Below, one piece after another: positions 38,169 through 48,783 of a stretch of 56,285 nt of DNA (its first letter is position 1; each line of letters opens with the position of its first letter). The translations under genes and the position numbers were made by a program. The stretch lies in NCBI GenBank assembly GCA_048939015.1, contig JBHLPW010000031.1, positions 1 through 56,285 on the forward strand. Reading direction: 5' to 3'. The stretch is from Promethearchaeota archaeon (GTDB lineage: Archaea > Asgardarchaeota > Lokiarchaeia > Sigyniarchaeales > SOKP01). The notes under the pieces were generated by a model. That model worked only from the letters and a program-made list of their open reading frames with translations. It ran no database searches and was not told the origin of the DNA.

Positions 38169-41111
38169 TTATATGTTTATATATAGAGCTGGTTTGAATG
38201 GTTTTGCTCTTTCAGCTCTATTTTTCGGATCGAAATCAGAATTTAAAATGATCTTGGAATTTACACGCTTTTCTATATAAAATGTATAATCTTTAATTAA
38301 TTCGGTTTCATTGATTTGAGGAATCTTCTTTTCCCAAATTCTATCCTTTATCTGACTTTTTATGAAAGGAACAAGTTCTTTTTGGACTAGCAGCTTTTTC
38401 TCATTTTTTAATATTAACATTATTTCATTAAAATTATCTTTTTTCAGTAAAATCAATTCTACTATCCGATATTTCCATTCAGGAGCAGTGTATAAAAAGA
38501 TATCATTGGAGTTCTCTGATGTAATTATTTTCTTTATATTAAAAATATCCTCAATAATGTTTGAGATGTATTCAAATTCATTCTCAAGGTTTTTATTAAT
38601 GTATTGATTACTAAAATCTCCCCAAACCGCTTTCGATATAAATCCTTCATTTCCAGAGGCTTCCCATAATTCTTCACATAAATGAGGCATTGTCAAGGAA
38701 AGTATCTTTAACCAGTCCTTATAAATCAATTTGAACACGATATGAAAATCATTCATATCATCAGTATCCCTATAAAATTCCTGTATCAGATTGAAAATTT
38801 CGTAAAAAGATATCTGAAGATATTTACGTATATTATATTCTTCTAAAGCTGTTTTGGCCTCAATAAATTTTCCAATAACCTTAGAGAGCATTACTTTTGA
38901 ATATTTAGAGCCAATATCATTAAAAATTGGAGCAAAATTTTTGGATTGACCTAATTTTTCAGAAATAAAGCTATAAAATTTTGTTATATGGTTTTTCACT
39001 GTTTCTATTTCCTTTTCTCGAAAATCCATATACACTCCAAAGTCAGCACCGTGAGAGATATAAAACCGAAATAAATCCGCAGAATAACTTTTTTGAATCT
39101 CAGCCAATGGAATTAGATTTCCTTTTGATTTACCCATTTTCTGACCTTCTACATTAACAGGTTCAATCAGACTTATAACTTTTGGCCAAAATTTTTCAGG
39201 GAATATAGCAACATGATGAAATATGTAAAAACTTAAATGATTAGAAATATGCATAATTGCTGTATGGCGATGGTCAACCGGATACCAATATACAAATTCT
39301 TTTTGGAGTTCTAGAAGTATTTTTTCGCTTATTTTCGTCTGTTTTGAAATTTTCTGAATATCTCCTCTCTCTAAAAATACAAAATCAAAAAATTCAGGAA
39401 TTAATTGTTCCTGTTTAATTTGATATTCTCTAATTTTATATGAAATTGTATAAAATGCCATATATATGGTTGAATCACTAAGAGACTCTATTATCCAATC
39501 TTTATTGAAAGGCAATTTCGTTCCTAAACCTCTTTTTCTCGCACAAGGTCTTTTTTCAAGCCAATTAAAAATGTTTTCAAAGTTTAATCGATATTTATTT
39601 GGTATAATTTTCATCTTATTAAGACAATCGAATGCTTTTTCTTTCCAATCTCCCGAATTAAAATTCAGAAACCATTGATCTTTAAGAATTGATACTATAA
39701 TATCAGCTCCACACTTGCATTTAAGTTTTTTAGTTATAGGAATATAAACTTTATCTGCTTTATTTTCTTCTATTAGATCTTCTGTGACCTGTCGTGCAGC
39801 ATCACTAACCTTCATACATTGGTATTTACCACATTTATCATTAAGTATACCATTATAAAACTCATTTTTGTAATTCTCACTGGTTGCTAGATCTAATTTT
39901 TCTTTATCTAATTGAGATTCAACATTATTTCGTTCACAATAAATTTTTGCGGGAAAATCGCTAAATCCTTTTATTTCAATAATTTGAATCGGATAAATTA
40001 ATTCAATTGACCTCTTATCTAAATTAAATTTTTCAATTATTTGACTATTTTTCTGCAAATCAATTAATGCGATGTAATCATAAGGGGCATGGGCAGGAAC
40101 GGAATAAACCACACCTGTAGCTGTTGCTGTGTCTACAAAATCTCCTGGTAAAACTGGAATTTCTTTAATTCCATAGACATCCCTAGCATTTTTTCCAATA
40201 AGATTACTTCCTTTAAACTTTTCTATAATATTAATTTCTTTGTTTTGATTTTCTAATAAATTAGTAGCTTCTCTAGAGATAAACCATATTTCACCATTTA
40301 CATTAGCTTTAATATAATCTCCTTTTGGTTTTATCCATATATTAGTTACTCCATAAACTGTTTCTGGTCTTAAAGTTGATGCAACAAGGAATCCATCTTC
40401 AAATGGAAATTTTATACAAATAAATTCATTAATATTAAGATCTAGCTCATCTCCACTAGCAATGTCATCCTCTCCTACAGCATTTTTATCTCTAGGGCAA
40501 TACAAGATAGGATATTCACCTTTTTCAATATAACCTTTTTCTTTTAAATGAAAATATTGCCATTCAATGAATTTATTATATATTTTATCTCCTGTCGTGA
40601 ATTCCCTACGCCAATCTAGACTCATTCCTATAGATTTGAAATCCAATTTAATCGTATTTGAGAAATAGTTCACAATTTTCCATGGATCCACGAAACTATT
40701 CACAATTTCTTCCACTTTTTTCTGATCATTTGTATGTAGTGATACGTATTCTTTCATCCGTTCTATTTGAATTTGATCTCCTCTTTCAATAGATGATGAA
40801 ATCGCTAAAACAGGGGTACCTGTGATATGAAAAGCCATTGGATATAAAACATTATATCCTCTAGCTCGATAATACCTAGCAAATATATCTCCATTGACAA
40901 AACTCCTCCCATGACCAATGTGAGTAGGACCTGATGCGTAGGGATAAGGAGAAGTAATAAATGTTTTGTCTATTTTACTTTCTGGATTTGCTTCAAATAT
41001 TTTTGCTTCTTCCCATCTATCTTGCCATTTCTTCTCAATCTTTTGTGGTTCGTACATTTTTTCATCAATTATTCCAATCAATTTTTTTTTATAAATCTTT
41101 AACTCTTTCAA
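38169..41111 (-). CDS. leuS: Leucine--tRNA ligase, archaeal type (start may be ATG 41057)
   Basis: PYPY..G..HIGH, STLRPET, editing motif ATGVVYSVPAHAPYD, KMGKSKGN. Confidence 0.95.
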   Translation of the reverse strand: MKELKIYKKKLIGIIDEKMYEPQKIEKKWQDRWEEAKIFEANPESKIDKTFITSPYPYASGPTHIGHGRSFVNGDIFARYYRARGYNVLYPMAFHITGTPVLAISSSIERGDQIQIERMKEYVSLHTNDQKKVEEIVNSFVDPWKIVNYFSNTIKLDFKSIGMSLDWRREFTTGDKIYNKFIEWQYFHLKEKGYIEKGEYPILYCPRDKNAVGEDDIASGDELDLNINEFICIKFPFEDGFLVASTLRPETVYGVTNIWIKPKGDYIKANVNGEIWFISREATNLLENQNKEINIIEKFKGSNLIGKNARDVYGIKEIPVLPGDFVDTATATGVVYSVPAHAPYDYIALIDLQKNSQIIEKFNLDKRSIELIYPIQIIEIKGFSDFPAKIYCERNNVESQLDKEKLDLATSENYKNEFYNGILNDKCGKYQCMKVSDAARQVTEDLIEENKADKVYIPITKKLKCKCGADIIVSILKDQWFLNFNSGDWKEKAFDCLNKMKIIPNKYRLNFENIFNWLEKRPCARKRGLGTKLPFNKDWIIESLSDSTIYMAFYTISYKIREYQIKQEQLIPEFFDFVFLERGDIQKISKQTKISEKILLELQKEFVYWYPVDHRHTAIMHISNHLSFYIFHHVAIFPEKFWPKVISLIEPVNVEGQKMGKSKGNLIPLAEIQKSYSADLFRFYISHGADFGVYMDFREKEIETVKNHITKFYSFISEKLGQSKNFAPIFNDIGSKYSKVMLSKVIGKFIEAKTALEEYNIRKYLQISFYEIFNLIQEFYRDTDDMNDFHIVFKLIYKDWLKILSLTMPHLCEELWEASGNEGFISKAVWGDFSNQYINKNLENEFEYISNIIEDIFNIKKIITSENSNDIFLYTAPEWKYRIVELILLKKDNFNEIMLILKNEKKLLVQKELVPFIKSQIKDRIWEKKIPQINETELIKDYTFYIEKRVNSKIILNSDFDPKNRAERAKPFKPALYINI

Positions 41112-41209
41112 TTATAATTACTCGACAAGCGAACAAATCCGAGGATATTATAAAAGAGAAAGAGCTTAAGGATTTGTATCGCTCAAGATAATAATAAAAC
41201 TGCGAGTAA
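41101..41209 (-). promoter_or_regulatory. Putative attenuator RNA structure in the leuS 5' leader
   Basis: GAGCGATACAAATCC/GGATTTGTTCGCTT stem, TTACTCG/CGAGTAA outer stem, U-rich loop tract, and alternative AGCTCTTTC/GAAAGAGTT pairing. Confidence 0.6.
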
Positions 41210-41233
41210 ATCAACTACTGACATTTCAATCAT
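41183..41233 (-). CDS. Leu-rich leader peptide MIEMSVVDLLAVLLLS upstream of leuS
   Basis: SD GGTGA 5 nt before ATG. Five Leu codons, including TTA TTA TTA just before Ser-stop. Confidence 0.7.
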   Translation of the reverse strand: MIEMSVVDLLAVLLLS

Positions 41234-41481
41234 TAAATTCACCTTAAACGCAGTCTTATTTGAAAACATCCTTATAAAGAGTATATATAAGCTTATATTA
41301 AAATATTTCTAGGCGCGTGTAACATTTTTTATGAACAGTATTGATTATTGAATTTTAATCTATTACTATAACTCGTTTTTTATATATAGTGCAAATTGTT
41401 AAATAGATCCTCTTTTTTCATTCAGTAAAGATTCATACATCTAATTAAATCTAATTTATAAGAGATTAAAGATGATTTCAA

Positions 41482-44118
41482 ATGACATATATCAATAATT
41501 CAACTAATTCTGAACAACAATATCTTACGATTCTTAATTCCTTAAATGATCCTATGCATGTGGTTGATAGAGACTTAAGAATTATGTATCAAAATCCTGC
41601 TATGATAAATTGGCTCACAAAATTAAAGATAGATTCTGAGATTATAGGTAAAACCATTTTCGAGGTATTTCCATTCTTAGATTATGATAAAGTTTATAAT
41701 GAATATGATAAAATCTTCCAAAATGGAGGCGTTTTAGTCACTACTGAGGCAACAAAACCATTTGATCGTTTTCTTTATACTGAAACCTCAAAGATCCCGA
41801 TAAAAACGGAAGGCAAGGTTAATCAAGTCATTACTATTTTGAGAGATATTACTGATCAGAAGGAGGCTGAAGAAAAATTAGTAGCATCTGAAAAAAAGTT
41901 TCGAAATTTATTCGAAAATTCTCCAAATATGATAATACTACTAAACAAGGAGGGAATTATTCTAGATGTAAATCAATTGTTTTTAAAAAGATTTGGTTAT
42001 GAAAAAGAAGAATTGATAGGAAAGAATTTTCAAAATGTTAGCAGGTTTGATTCAGAAAATATATTACTTTTAATAAAAAAGCACAAAGAAGTAATAGAAA
42101 AGGGAAAAGTAGAACCCTTCATACTGGAAACAAAAACTAAGGAAGGAGTATCATTATGGTTTAATTTCCAAGCATCTACTATTGAAATTGGTGAACAAAA
42201 ATATATTCAAGTAATTTTTCAAGATATTACAGAAAAAGTGTCAGCTGATCGTGAATTAAAAGAATCAGAAGAAAAATTTAGGAGTATTACCGAACAATCA
42301 ATTATGAGTATATTAGTAATACAGGATGGACTAATTAAGTATATTAATGAACGTGTTTCACAAATTAATGGTTATTCAGAAGAAGAAATACTAAACTGGG
42401 GACCATATGAGTTCATGAAAGTTGTTCATCCAGAAGATAAAGATTTTATTTTGGAACAAGCTAAGAAAAAACAATCAGGAGATCCAGATGTTACTCCTCA
42501 ACATCAATATCGCTTAATAAGGAAGGATAATGAGATTCGGTGGATTGAAAACTTCTCTAAAACAATAAATTTTGATGGAAAGCCTGCAGATTTAGTAACT
42601 ACTATTGATATTACAGACAAGATAAAAGCAGAACAAAAATTAAAAGAATCTGAAGAAAAATATCGTTATTTAATTGAAAATGCATTAGAAGGAGTTTGGG
42701 TTATAGATTCAAATGCAGATACAATACTAGTGAATCCTACTATGGCAAAGATTTTAGGTTATACTGTTGATGAAATGATTGGAAAGTCCTTATTTTCATT
42801 CATTGATGAAGATCAAATTGAAATAACAAAAAAACAAATTAAAAGAAGAAAGTTAGGTATCGCCGATGAGAGGGATGCTGAATATTTACATAAGAATGGA
42901 AATAAAGTCTATTTAAGATTAAGAGCAGCTCCCATATTCGATAAACAGCGTAATTATGAGGGTGCTTATGCCTTTCTGGCAGATATTACTCAACAAAAAT
43001 TAGCTGAGCAAAAATTAAAAGAATCTGAAGAAAATTTTAGAACGATTGCAGAACAAGCGTTTATAGGAACCCTGATAATCCAAGATGATAAAGTTGAATA
43101 TGTGAATGAAGCATTACTTCAAATTTTCGATTTTTCTCATGAAGATGTTCATAATTGGACAAAAGATGATCTTTTGAAACTTATTTTTCCCGAAGATTTG
43201 GATAATCTAAGAGAATATCGTAATAAATTAAAAGCTGGTGAACCCGACTTTAAAAAGTTCTATTCTTTTAGAGCGTTTACTAAATATGGCAAATTAAAGT
43301 GGATTGATCAATTCTCTAAATCCATCATTTATCGAGGGAAGCCAGCAGAATTAATCACTATCATGGATATCACTGAAAAGAAGAAAGCTGAGCAAGAATT
43401 AATAAAGCTCAACAATTTAAAATCTGAACTACTTAGAAGAACCTCTCATGAATTAAAAACACCGCTCGTATCAATTAAGGGTTTTTCTGATCTCTTATTA
43501 ACAGTACATAAAGAAAAGTTAGATGACTATGTGCTAGCTACTGTTCGTGAAATCAAACTTGGGTGCGAAAGACTTGAGAATCTGATACAAGATATTTTGA
43601 AAACTTCAGAATTAGAAACTGAATCAGTTGAAATAAAAAAAAGAAAGGAGGATTTATCTTTTCTTATAAAATTGTGTATAAAGGAGCTACAAGGTTTAAT
43701 TAGGTTAAGAAATCATGAAATTAGCCTTGAAATTCATGACAAGTTAATCACTTGGTTTGAACCAGATCAAATCCACTTAGTTATAAGTAATTTACTTAGT
43801 AACGCAATTAAATACACCCCTCCTGACGGAAAAATTATAATTCAATCTGCTTTAACACAAGATTATATTTTAATTTCAATAAAAGATAATGGAATTGGAA
43901 TTACAACTGAAGAAAAGAAGCGTTTATTTTCTCAATTTGGAAAAATTGAACGATACGGGCAAGGACTTGATCTTATAACTGAAGGATCCGGTTTAGGATT
44001 ATATATTACTAAAAAAATCATTGAATTACATGGGGGAATGATAAGGGTAAAATCTGGTGGAAGAAATAAAGGATCTACTTTTTATTTCACTCTTCCTTTG
44101 ATTGAAAAAAAAGATTAA
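41482..44118 (+). CDS. Multi-PAS sensor histidine kinase
   Basis: About 5 PAS units, TSHELKTPL, HATPase motifs. Confidence 0.93.
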   Translation: MTYINNSTNSEQQYLTILNSLNDPMHVVDRDLRIMYQNPAMINWLTKLKIDSEIIGKTIFEVFPFLDYDKVYNEYDKIFQNGGVLVTTEATKPFDRFLYTETSKIPIKTEGKVNQVITILRDITDQKEAEEKLVASEKKFRNLFENSPNMIILLNKEGIILDVNQLFLKRFGYEKEELIGKNFQNVSRFDSENILLLIKKHKEVIEKGKVEPFILETKTKEGVSLWFNFQASTIEIGEQKYIQVIFQDITEKVSADRELKESEEKFRSITEQSIMSILVIQDGLIKYINERVSQINGYSEEEILNWGPYEFMKVVHPEDKDFILEQAKKKQSGDPDVTPQHQYRLIRKDNEIRWIENFSKTINFDGKPADLVTTIDITDKIKAEQKLKESEEKYRYLIENALEGVWVIDSNADTILVNPTMAKILGYTVDEMIGKSLFSFIDEDQIEITKKQIKRRKLGIADERDAEYLHKNGNKVYLRLRAAPIFDKQRNYEGAYAFLADITQQKLAEQKLKESEENFRTIAEQAFIGTLIIQDDKVEYVNEALLQIFDFSHEDVHNWTKDDLLKLIFPEDLDNLREYRNKLKAGEPDFKKFYSFRAFTKYGKLKWIDQFSKSIIYRGKPAELITIMDITEKKKAEQELIKLNNLKSELLRRTSHELKTPLVSIKGFSDLLLTVHKEKLDDYVLATVREIKLGCERLENLIQDILKTSELETESVEIKKRKEDLSFLIKLCIKELQGLIRLRNHEISLEIHDKLITWFEPDQIHLVISNLLSNAIKYTPPDGKIIIQSALTQDYILISIKDNGIGITTEEKKRLFSQFGKIERYGQGLDLITEGSGLGLYITKKIIELHGGMIRVKSGGRNKGSTFYFTLPLIEKKD

Positions 44119-44169
44119 AAACTTAAAATTTAACACCAACTAGTCTTTTTTAACAAATCTAACATTTTA

Positions 44170-44796
44170 TTGAATATGACAATAACAAAAAAAGATGCTG
44201 AGATCCAAGCAAAGGATATAGTCAAGTCAATATTAGAACACAAAAACAATCTTTCAACTATCTTGAAGGGTGTTACAAATAAAGTTGATTCTATTAGATA
44301 CCCAAATGCAATTGCATTAGAAATTTTAAGTGAAAAACATCCAATGATCATATATCCTGAATGGGATTTCTTTACTGAATTATTGAATTCCAATAATGCT
44401 TATCATAAATCTATAGCAATTTCTACAATTTCAAACTTAACATTAGTAGATAATCAGAATAAATTTGAAGATATCTTTGAACTATTTTTTCAATTTATTG
44501 ATGATAAAAGTGTAATTGTTAGCCGAAAACTCGCTATTTATACTGGTAGAATTGTGAAAGCTAAACCTTCTCTAAGTTCAAGAATCACTGAAATTTTACT
44601 AAATATAAACAAAACTCAACATAATCCAAGTCGCAAGGACTTAATAAAGGGAGATATTATTGAGAGTTTCGATGAATATTTTGAGGAGATAAAGGATAAA
44701 AAGAAAATTTTAGATTTTGTTAAAAGTCAATTAGATAGTAGTAGTCCTAGCACAGTGAAGAAAGCAAAAAAATTCCTTTTAAAATGGGAGAAATAA
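44170..44796 (+). CDS. Hypothetical helical-repeat (HEAT-like) protein
   Basis: 208-aa amphipathic helical ORF; no catalytic motif recognised. Confidence 0.65.
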   Translation: MNMTITKKDAEIQAKDIVKSILEHKNNLSTILKGVTNKVDSIRYPNAIALEILSEKHPMIIYPEWDFFTELLNSNNAYHKSIAISTISNLTLVDNQNKFEDIFELFFQFIDDKSVIVSRKLAIYTGRIVKAKPSLSSRITEILLNINKTQHNPSRKDLIKGDIIESFDEYFEEIKDKKKILDFVKSQLDSSSPSTVKKAKKFLLKWEK

Positions 44797-44900
44797 CAAA
44801 ATATTAAAATATTAACTTTTTTTGTTTAAAAGTCTTAAAACTTTTAATCCATTCTTTTATTATATAAATTTAAATCAAATTCAAATAGTTGTGAGTCAAA

Positions 44901-46355
44901 ATGGTTGAATTTAATCCTAAAGTATTAAGTAAGGAGGAATTAAGAGCAATTTCATCAGGCGTGAATGAGGAAGAATTATTATTATTTGACAAGCATTTAT
45001 TACAAAATTATTATGATAGCAATGTTTTTATAGAAGCAAAAGAACCAGGTTCTCCTTGGGTTGTTATAAGGGACTTTAAAACAGGAGAAAAATCAGAAGT
45101 GCTTGACTGTACAGCTCAGTATTGGTCCTTAGCATTGGGGTTTGCTCATCCTGATGTAAATTATGCCGTCGCAGAACAAATGAAAAGAGTTACTCATATT
45201 AAATCAGAAGGTGTATTTCCCTCTAGAGCTAAGTTTATCAATAAACTATCTGAATTATGTCCTGGCAGATTAAAAGGCGGAAGAGTTGCAATTAATAATG
45301 AAGGGGGTAGTATGGCAATTGAATCGGCTGTAAAATTTGCAATGGTGGCATCCAGAGGTGGAGATCATTTCTTAACTTTTCGAGGGGGATATCATGGAAA
45401 TACTTTGGCAATGGCAACAGCATCTCAGCCTTTCCACGCAATTACCAGGTATAAACCTGTTGGAGTCGACTTCTTTACAAGGGTACCACAGCCATATTGC
45501 TATCGGTGTTTATGGAATTATAAAAATGGATTATACGGTGAAAAAGATCCTCAATGTAATTTAGAGTGCTTTAATCTTGTAAAAGAATATTTAATGGGTT
45601 TAACTTCAAGAAGGCTAGCAGGAGTTATTTTGGAACCTTGGCAAGCCGCAGGGGGCCATGTCCCTTTTCCACCAGACTTTCTTATCAAGTTAAGAGAAGT
45701 ATGTGAAGAGGAGAAGATATTTATAATATATGATGAATCTCAAACAGGAGTTTGGAGAACAGGTAAACACTTTACTTTAACAGAGAAGTATGAAAAAGAA
45801 CTTGGAATTGATGTATCACCTGACATGATGTGTTTCACTAAGGCGATTGGAGGAGGATTTCCTTTAGGAGCTATGATTGTATCCACAAAGATAAATAAAA
45901 GATTTGGTCCTACTGAAGATCATACTACATTTTGTAATACACCAATAGGATGTACAGCGGGTCTTGCTTCAATTATGGTTATTGAAAGAGCTAAAATTGG
46001 AGATAACTGTGAAGAACGAGGAAAACAAATCACTAAACGATTAAAGGAACTCCAAGAGAAATATGACATGATAGGAGATATTCGTGGTCCAGGTTTATTC
46101 ATAGGAATTGAGTTAGTAAAAGATAGTAAGTCAAGAGAACCTTATACAGATCTGATGGAAGAAATACTTCATGAAGGTATCAGACAGAATATTTATTTTG
46201 GACCTAGCATGCCATATTTAAGCGGAACAGGAAAGTTGATAAAGCGGAATTTATTAAAAATAAAACCTCCACTCATTATTACTAAAGAAGATGCTGATTT
46301 TATCTGCGATAAATTTGAAAGTGTGTTAAATAATTCAATTAATAATTTGAAATAA
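44901..46355 (+). CDS. Class III PLP-dependent aminotransferase
   Basis: LGFAHP, GYHGNT, ILEPWQAAGG, YDESQTGVWRTG, TKAIGGGFP. Confidence 0.92.
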   Translation: MVEFNPKVLSKEELRAISSGVNEEELLLFDKHLLQNYYDSNVFIEAKEPGSPWVVIRDFKTGEKSEVLDCTAQYWSLALGFAHPDVNYAVAEQMKRVTHIKSEGVFPSRAKFINKLSELCPGRLKGGRVAINNEGGSMAIESAVKFAMVASRGGDHFLTFRGGYHGNTLAMATASQPFHAITRYKPVGVDFFTRVPQPYCYRCLWNYKNGLYGEKDPQCNLECFNLVKEYLMGLTSRRLAGVILEPWQAAGGHVPFPPDFLIKLREVCEEEKIFIIYDESQTGVWRTGKHFTLTEKYEKELGIDVSPDMMCFTKAIGGGFPLGAMIVSTKINKRFGPTEDHTTFCNTPIGCTAGLASIMVIERAKIGDNCEERGKQITKRLKELQEKYDMIGDIRGPGLFIGIELVKDSKSREPYTDLMEEILHEGIRQNIYFGPSMPYLSGTGKLIKRNLLKIKPPLIITKEDADFICDKFESVLNNSINNLK

Positions 46356-46362
46356 CAATAGA

Positions 46363-47607
46363 ATGAAATCACGAGAATGTGTACTCGCAAGCATTAATCA
46401 TAAAGAACCAGATAGAGTACCAATAGACCTTGGTGGAACTCCAGTTACAGGTATTTCTGCGATCGCCTACTATAACTTAAAACAACATCTTGGAATAAAT
46501 TCAGGGCACGTGAAAGTTTATGACCTTATGCAACAATTAGCTATCCCCGAGAAAAACATTCTTGATTTATTTAACGTTGATATTCTTGATATTGGAAGGA
46601 CCTTTAATACTCAAGATGAGGATTGGTATGACATTCATGTGAATGGTTATGATTTGCAGTATCCTAACTGGATTCGACTTATACATAATCCTGATGATTC
46701 TTATGATATTCTCCATAGTGATGGCACAATAATTGCTAGGATGACAAAAGATGCTTTAGTTTTTGATCAGATGTATTACCCATGTAAGGAGGATTACCCT
46801 GCAACTTATTTAGAATTTCAAAAAATGATTAATAAAAATCCTTGGGCGGCTGTAACCACTCCTCCATTCAGTAATATTGGTCAAAAAAAATTTTGGAAAA
46901 CTTTAAAACAAAATGCCATAACTTTAAAAGAACAATCGAATAGGTTAATAGCACTTAATTTAGGGAGTACTTCTTTCGAATTTGCAAATTCTTTTAGAAG
47001 ATTAGATAGATTCTTAATAGACGTAGTACGAAACAGGTCTAAAGTTGAAAAGTTCCTTGACTTTCTTCTTGATTTCTTTTTAAATTCACTAAGTGTAATA
47101 TGTGGTTATGTAGGAGACATTATCGATGTTATTAAAATTGGTGATGATCTTGGAGAAAATAAAGGTCCTTTTATTAGTCCTAAACTATTTCGAGATATTT
47201 TTAAACCCAGAATAACTGAGATTTGCGATTTTATTAAAAAGAACAGCGCTATGAAAATTTTCTACCATTCTTGTGGCTCTATTGTACCATTAATACCAGA
47301 TTTAATTGAAACAGGAATTGATATTCTCAATCCAGTTCAAATAAGTGCAAGGGATATGGATCCAAAATTTCTAAAAGAGAATTTTGGTGATGATATCACA
47401 TTTTGGGGAGGAGGTGTAGATACACGTAATGTTATTAATAGAAAAAAACCTGAAGAAGTTAAAAAGCATGTATTTGAATTACTTGATATATTCTTTCCTG
47501 GAGGAGGATACGTTTGGAGTGCTATACATAATATTTTACCGGATGTACCACCTCAAAATATTGTTGCTACATTTGAAGCGATTAAGGAATTTAATGATAA
47601 GCTTTAA
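46363..47607 (+). CDS. Uroporphyrinogen decarboxylase / MtaA-CmuA methyltransferase family protein
   Basis: EPDRVPIDLG, GDDLG, YHSCG, LNPVQ, FWGGGVD, HNI. Confidence 0.85.
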   Translation: MKSRECVLASINHKEPDRVPIDLGGTPVTGISAIAYYNLKQHLGINSGHVKVYDLMQQLAIPEKNILDLFNVDILDIGRTFNTQDEDWYDIHVNGYDLQYPNWIRLIHNPDDSYDILHSDGTIIARMTKDALVFDQMYYPCKEDYPATYLEFQKMINKNPWAAVTTPPFSNIGQKKFWKTLKQNAITLKEQSNRLIALNLGSTSFEFANSFRRLDRFLIDVVRNRSKVEKFLDFLLDFFLNSLSVICGYVGDIIDVIKIGDDLGENKGPFISPKLFRDIFKPRITEICDFIKKNSAMKIFYHSCGSIVPLIPDLIETGIDILNPVQISARDMDPKFLKENFGDDITFWGGGVDTRNVINRKKPEEVKKHVFELLDIFFPGGGYVWSAIHNILPDVPPQNIVATFEAIKEFNDKL

Positions 47608-47629
47608 GTCTATCTAAAAAATCTTTTTT

Positions 47630-48583
47630 TTAAATTATGCTGAGATATTGAATTGAGTTAGGTGTAAATGAAAACTCGTTCTTTGTATATGGAATTATCT
47701 TTATCAGTGGTAGAAAATTGGCTAAATATAAGGAAATTCCTCTTATTTCTATATTATTTAATAGAAATTTAACATTACTAAATTTGAAAAATCCAAACTG
47801 CCCATTTATTTCATGTAAAGAGCCAATTTTTTTATTTCCCATGAAAATTGATTGAGAGGGATCAGAGTTGAAATCTTGTTGTGAAATAACCGTACCAATT
47901 TTATAGTGTGGAACCCCTCCATCTAAAATACATTCTTTATTACCAACTTTAGTAATAACACCATAAATTGGTAAAATTTTGCGATAAAAATTTTTTGGCA
48001 TACTTACAAGTATCATTTCGGGATAAATGGAGTGAATTGTAACTGGAATTCGATTTGTATTTACATTCTCACTTATAGCTTGACTCTTATGTTTTTCTTT
48101 AAGTGCTAATGAAAAGTTAATCCCACCTCTTGCCCGAACAGCATCATTTACAGATCTTATCTCTAGATGCAAATGAGGGCTAGACCAATATGCAAAATAA
48201 CCATTGCGAATTGTTTCTCCTAATATATCACCTACTTCAATAGTTTCTCCCTCTTTATGGTATGGTTTAATATGCATAATTTTCCAAAGAATATCAGGAT
48301 TATTAAAATTACTAATTAAAAGTAAATAATCTTTATCAACTCCATCAGGAAACTTTGGTTTAGGAGCCCTCAAGGGCTTAATTTTGAATATCTTTCCTGA
48401 AATTGGGCTTAATACATCATAGCTTTTTAAAGTTAAGTTTTGATATATGTCAACTGCGAGTCCGTGTTGGTGTGCATAATAGGGAGAAGTTCCTATACTG
48501 AAATGACTTGTTTTTGGTATTGAAACTCTAATATCATCACTTTTGATTATATCATAAAATTCAGATTTAGGCATGAGAACCAA
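47630..48583 (-). CDS. M23-like peptidase domain protein
   Basis: HGLAVD (HxxxD-like), MH, GxxxxVGDILG and SSPHLHLEIR motifs. Confidence 0.6.
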   Translation of the reverse strand: MVLMPKSEFYDIIKSDDIRVSIPKTSHFSIGTSPYYAHQHGLAVDIYQNLTLKSYDVLSPISGKIFKIKPLRAPKPKFPDGVDKDYLLLISNFNNPDILWKIMHIKPYHKEGETIEVGDILGETIRNGYFAYWSSPHLHLEIRSVNDAVRARGGINFSLALKEKHKSQAISENVNTNRIPVTIHSIYPEMILVSMPKNFYRKILPIYGVITKVGNKECILDGGVPHYKIGTVISQQDFNSDPSQSIFMGNKKIGSLHEINGQFGFFKFSNVKFLLNNIEIRGISLYLANFLPLIKIIPYTKNEFSFTPNSIQYLSII

Positions 48584-48783
48584 AAAAAATGTGTCTAATT
48601 AAAAATTATTTCTTTAAAAATTAATAAATTAACTCATTTCTTATATTGAAAGAAGAAGTAAAGCGCAATAAAATATTATATTATTTTTTGAAATGCGAGT
48701 TTTTAAAAATATTTAACATTATTATCAAAATATAATTTTTTTATTTGAAGATTTTTGTTATATACTTATTCGGATGATAATTT

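Noticed and set aside
41108-41185. Sec/readthrough of the leader TGA giving a ~41-aa hydrophobic peptide
   Set aside because: No redox-motif context or recognisable SECIS. The downstream sequence is better explained by RNA pairing.
40961-41191. 76-aa + strand ORF
   Set aside because: Antisense to the leuS start and leader, with no SD or motif.
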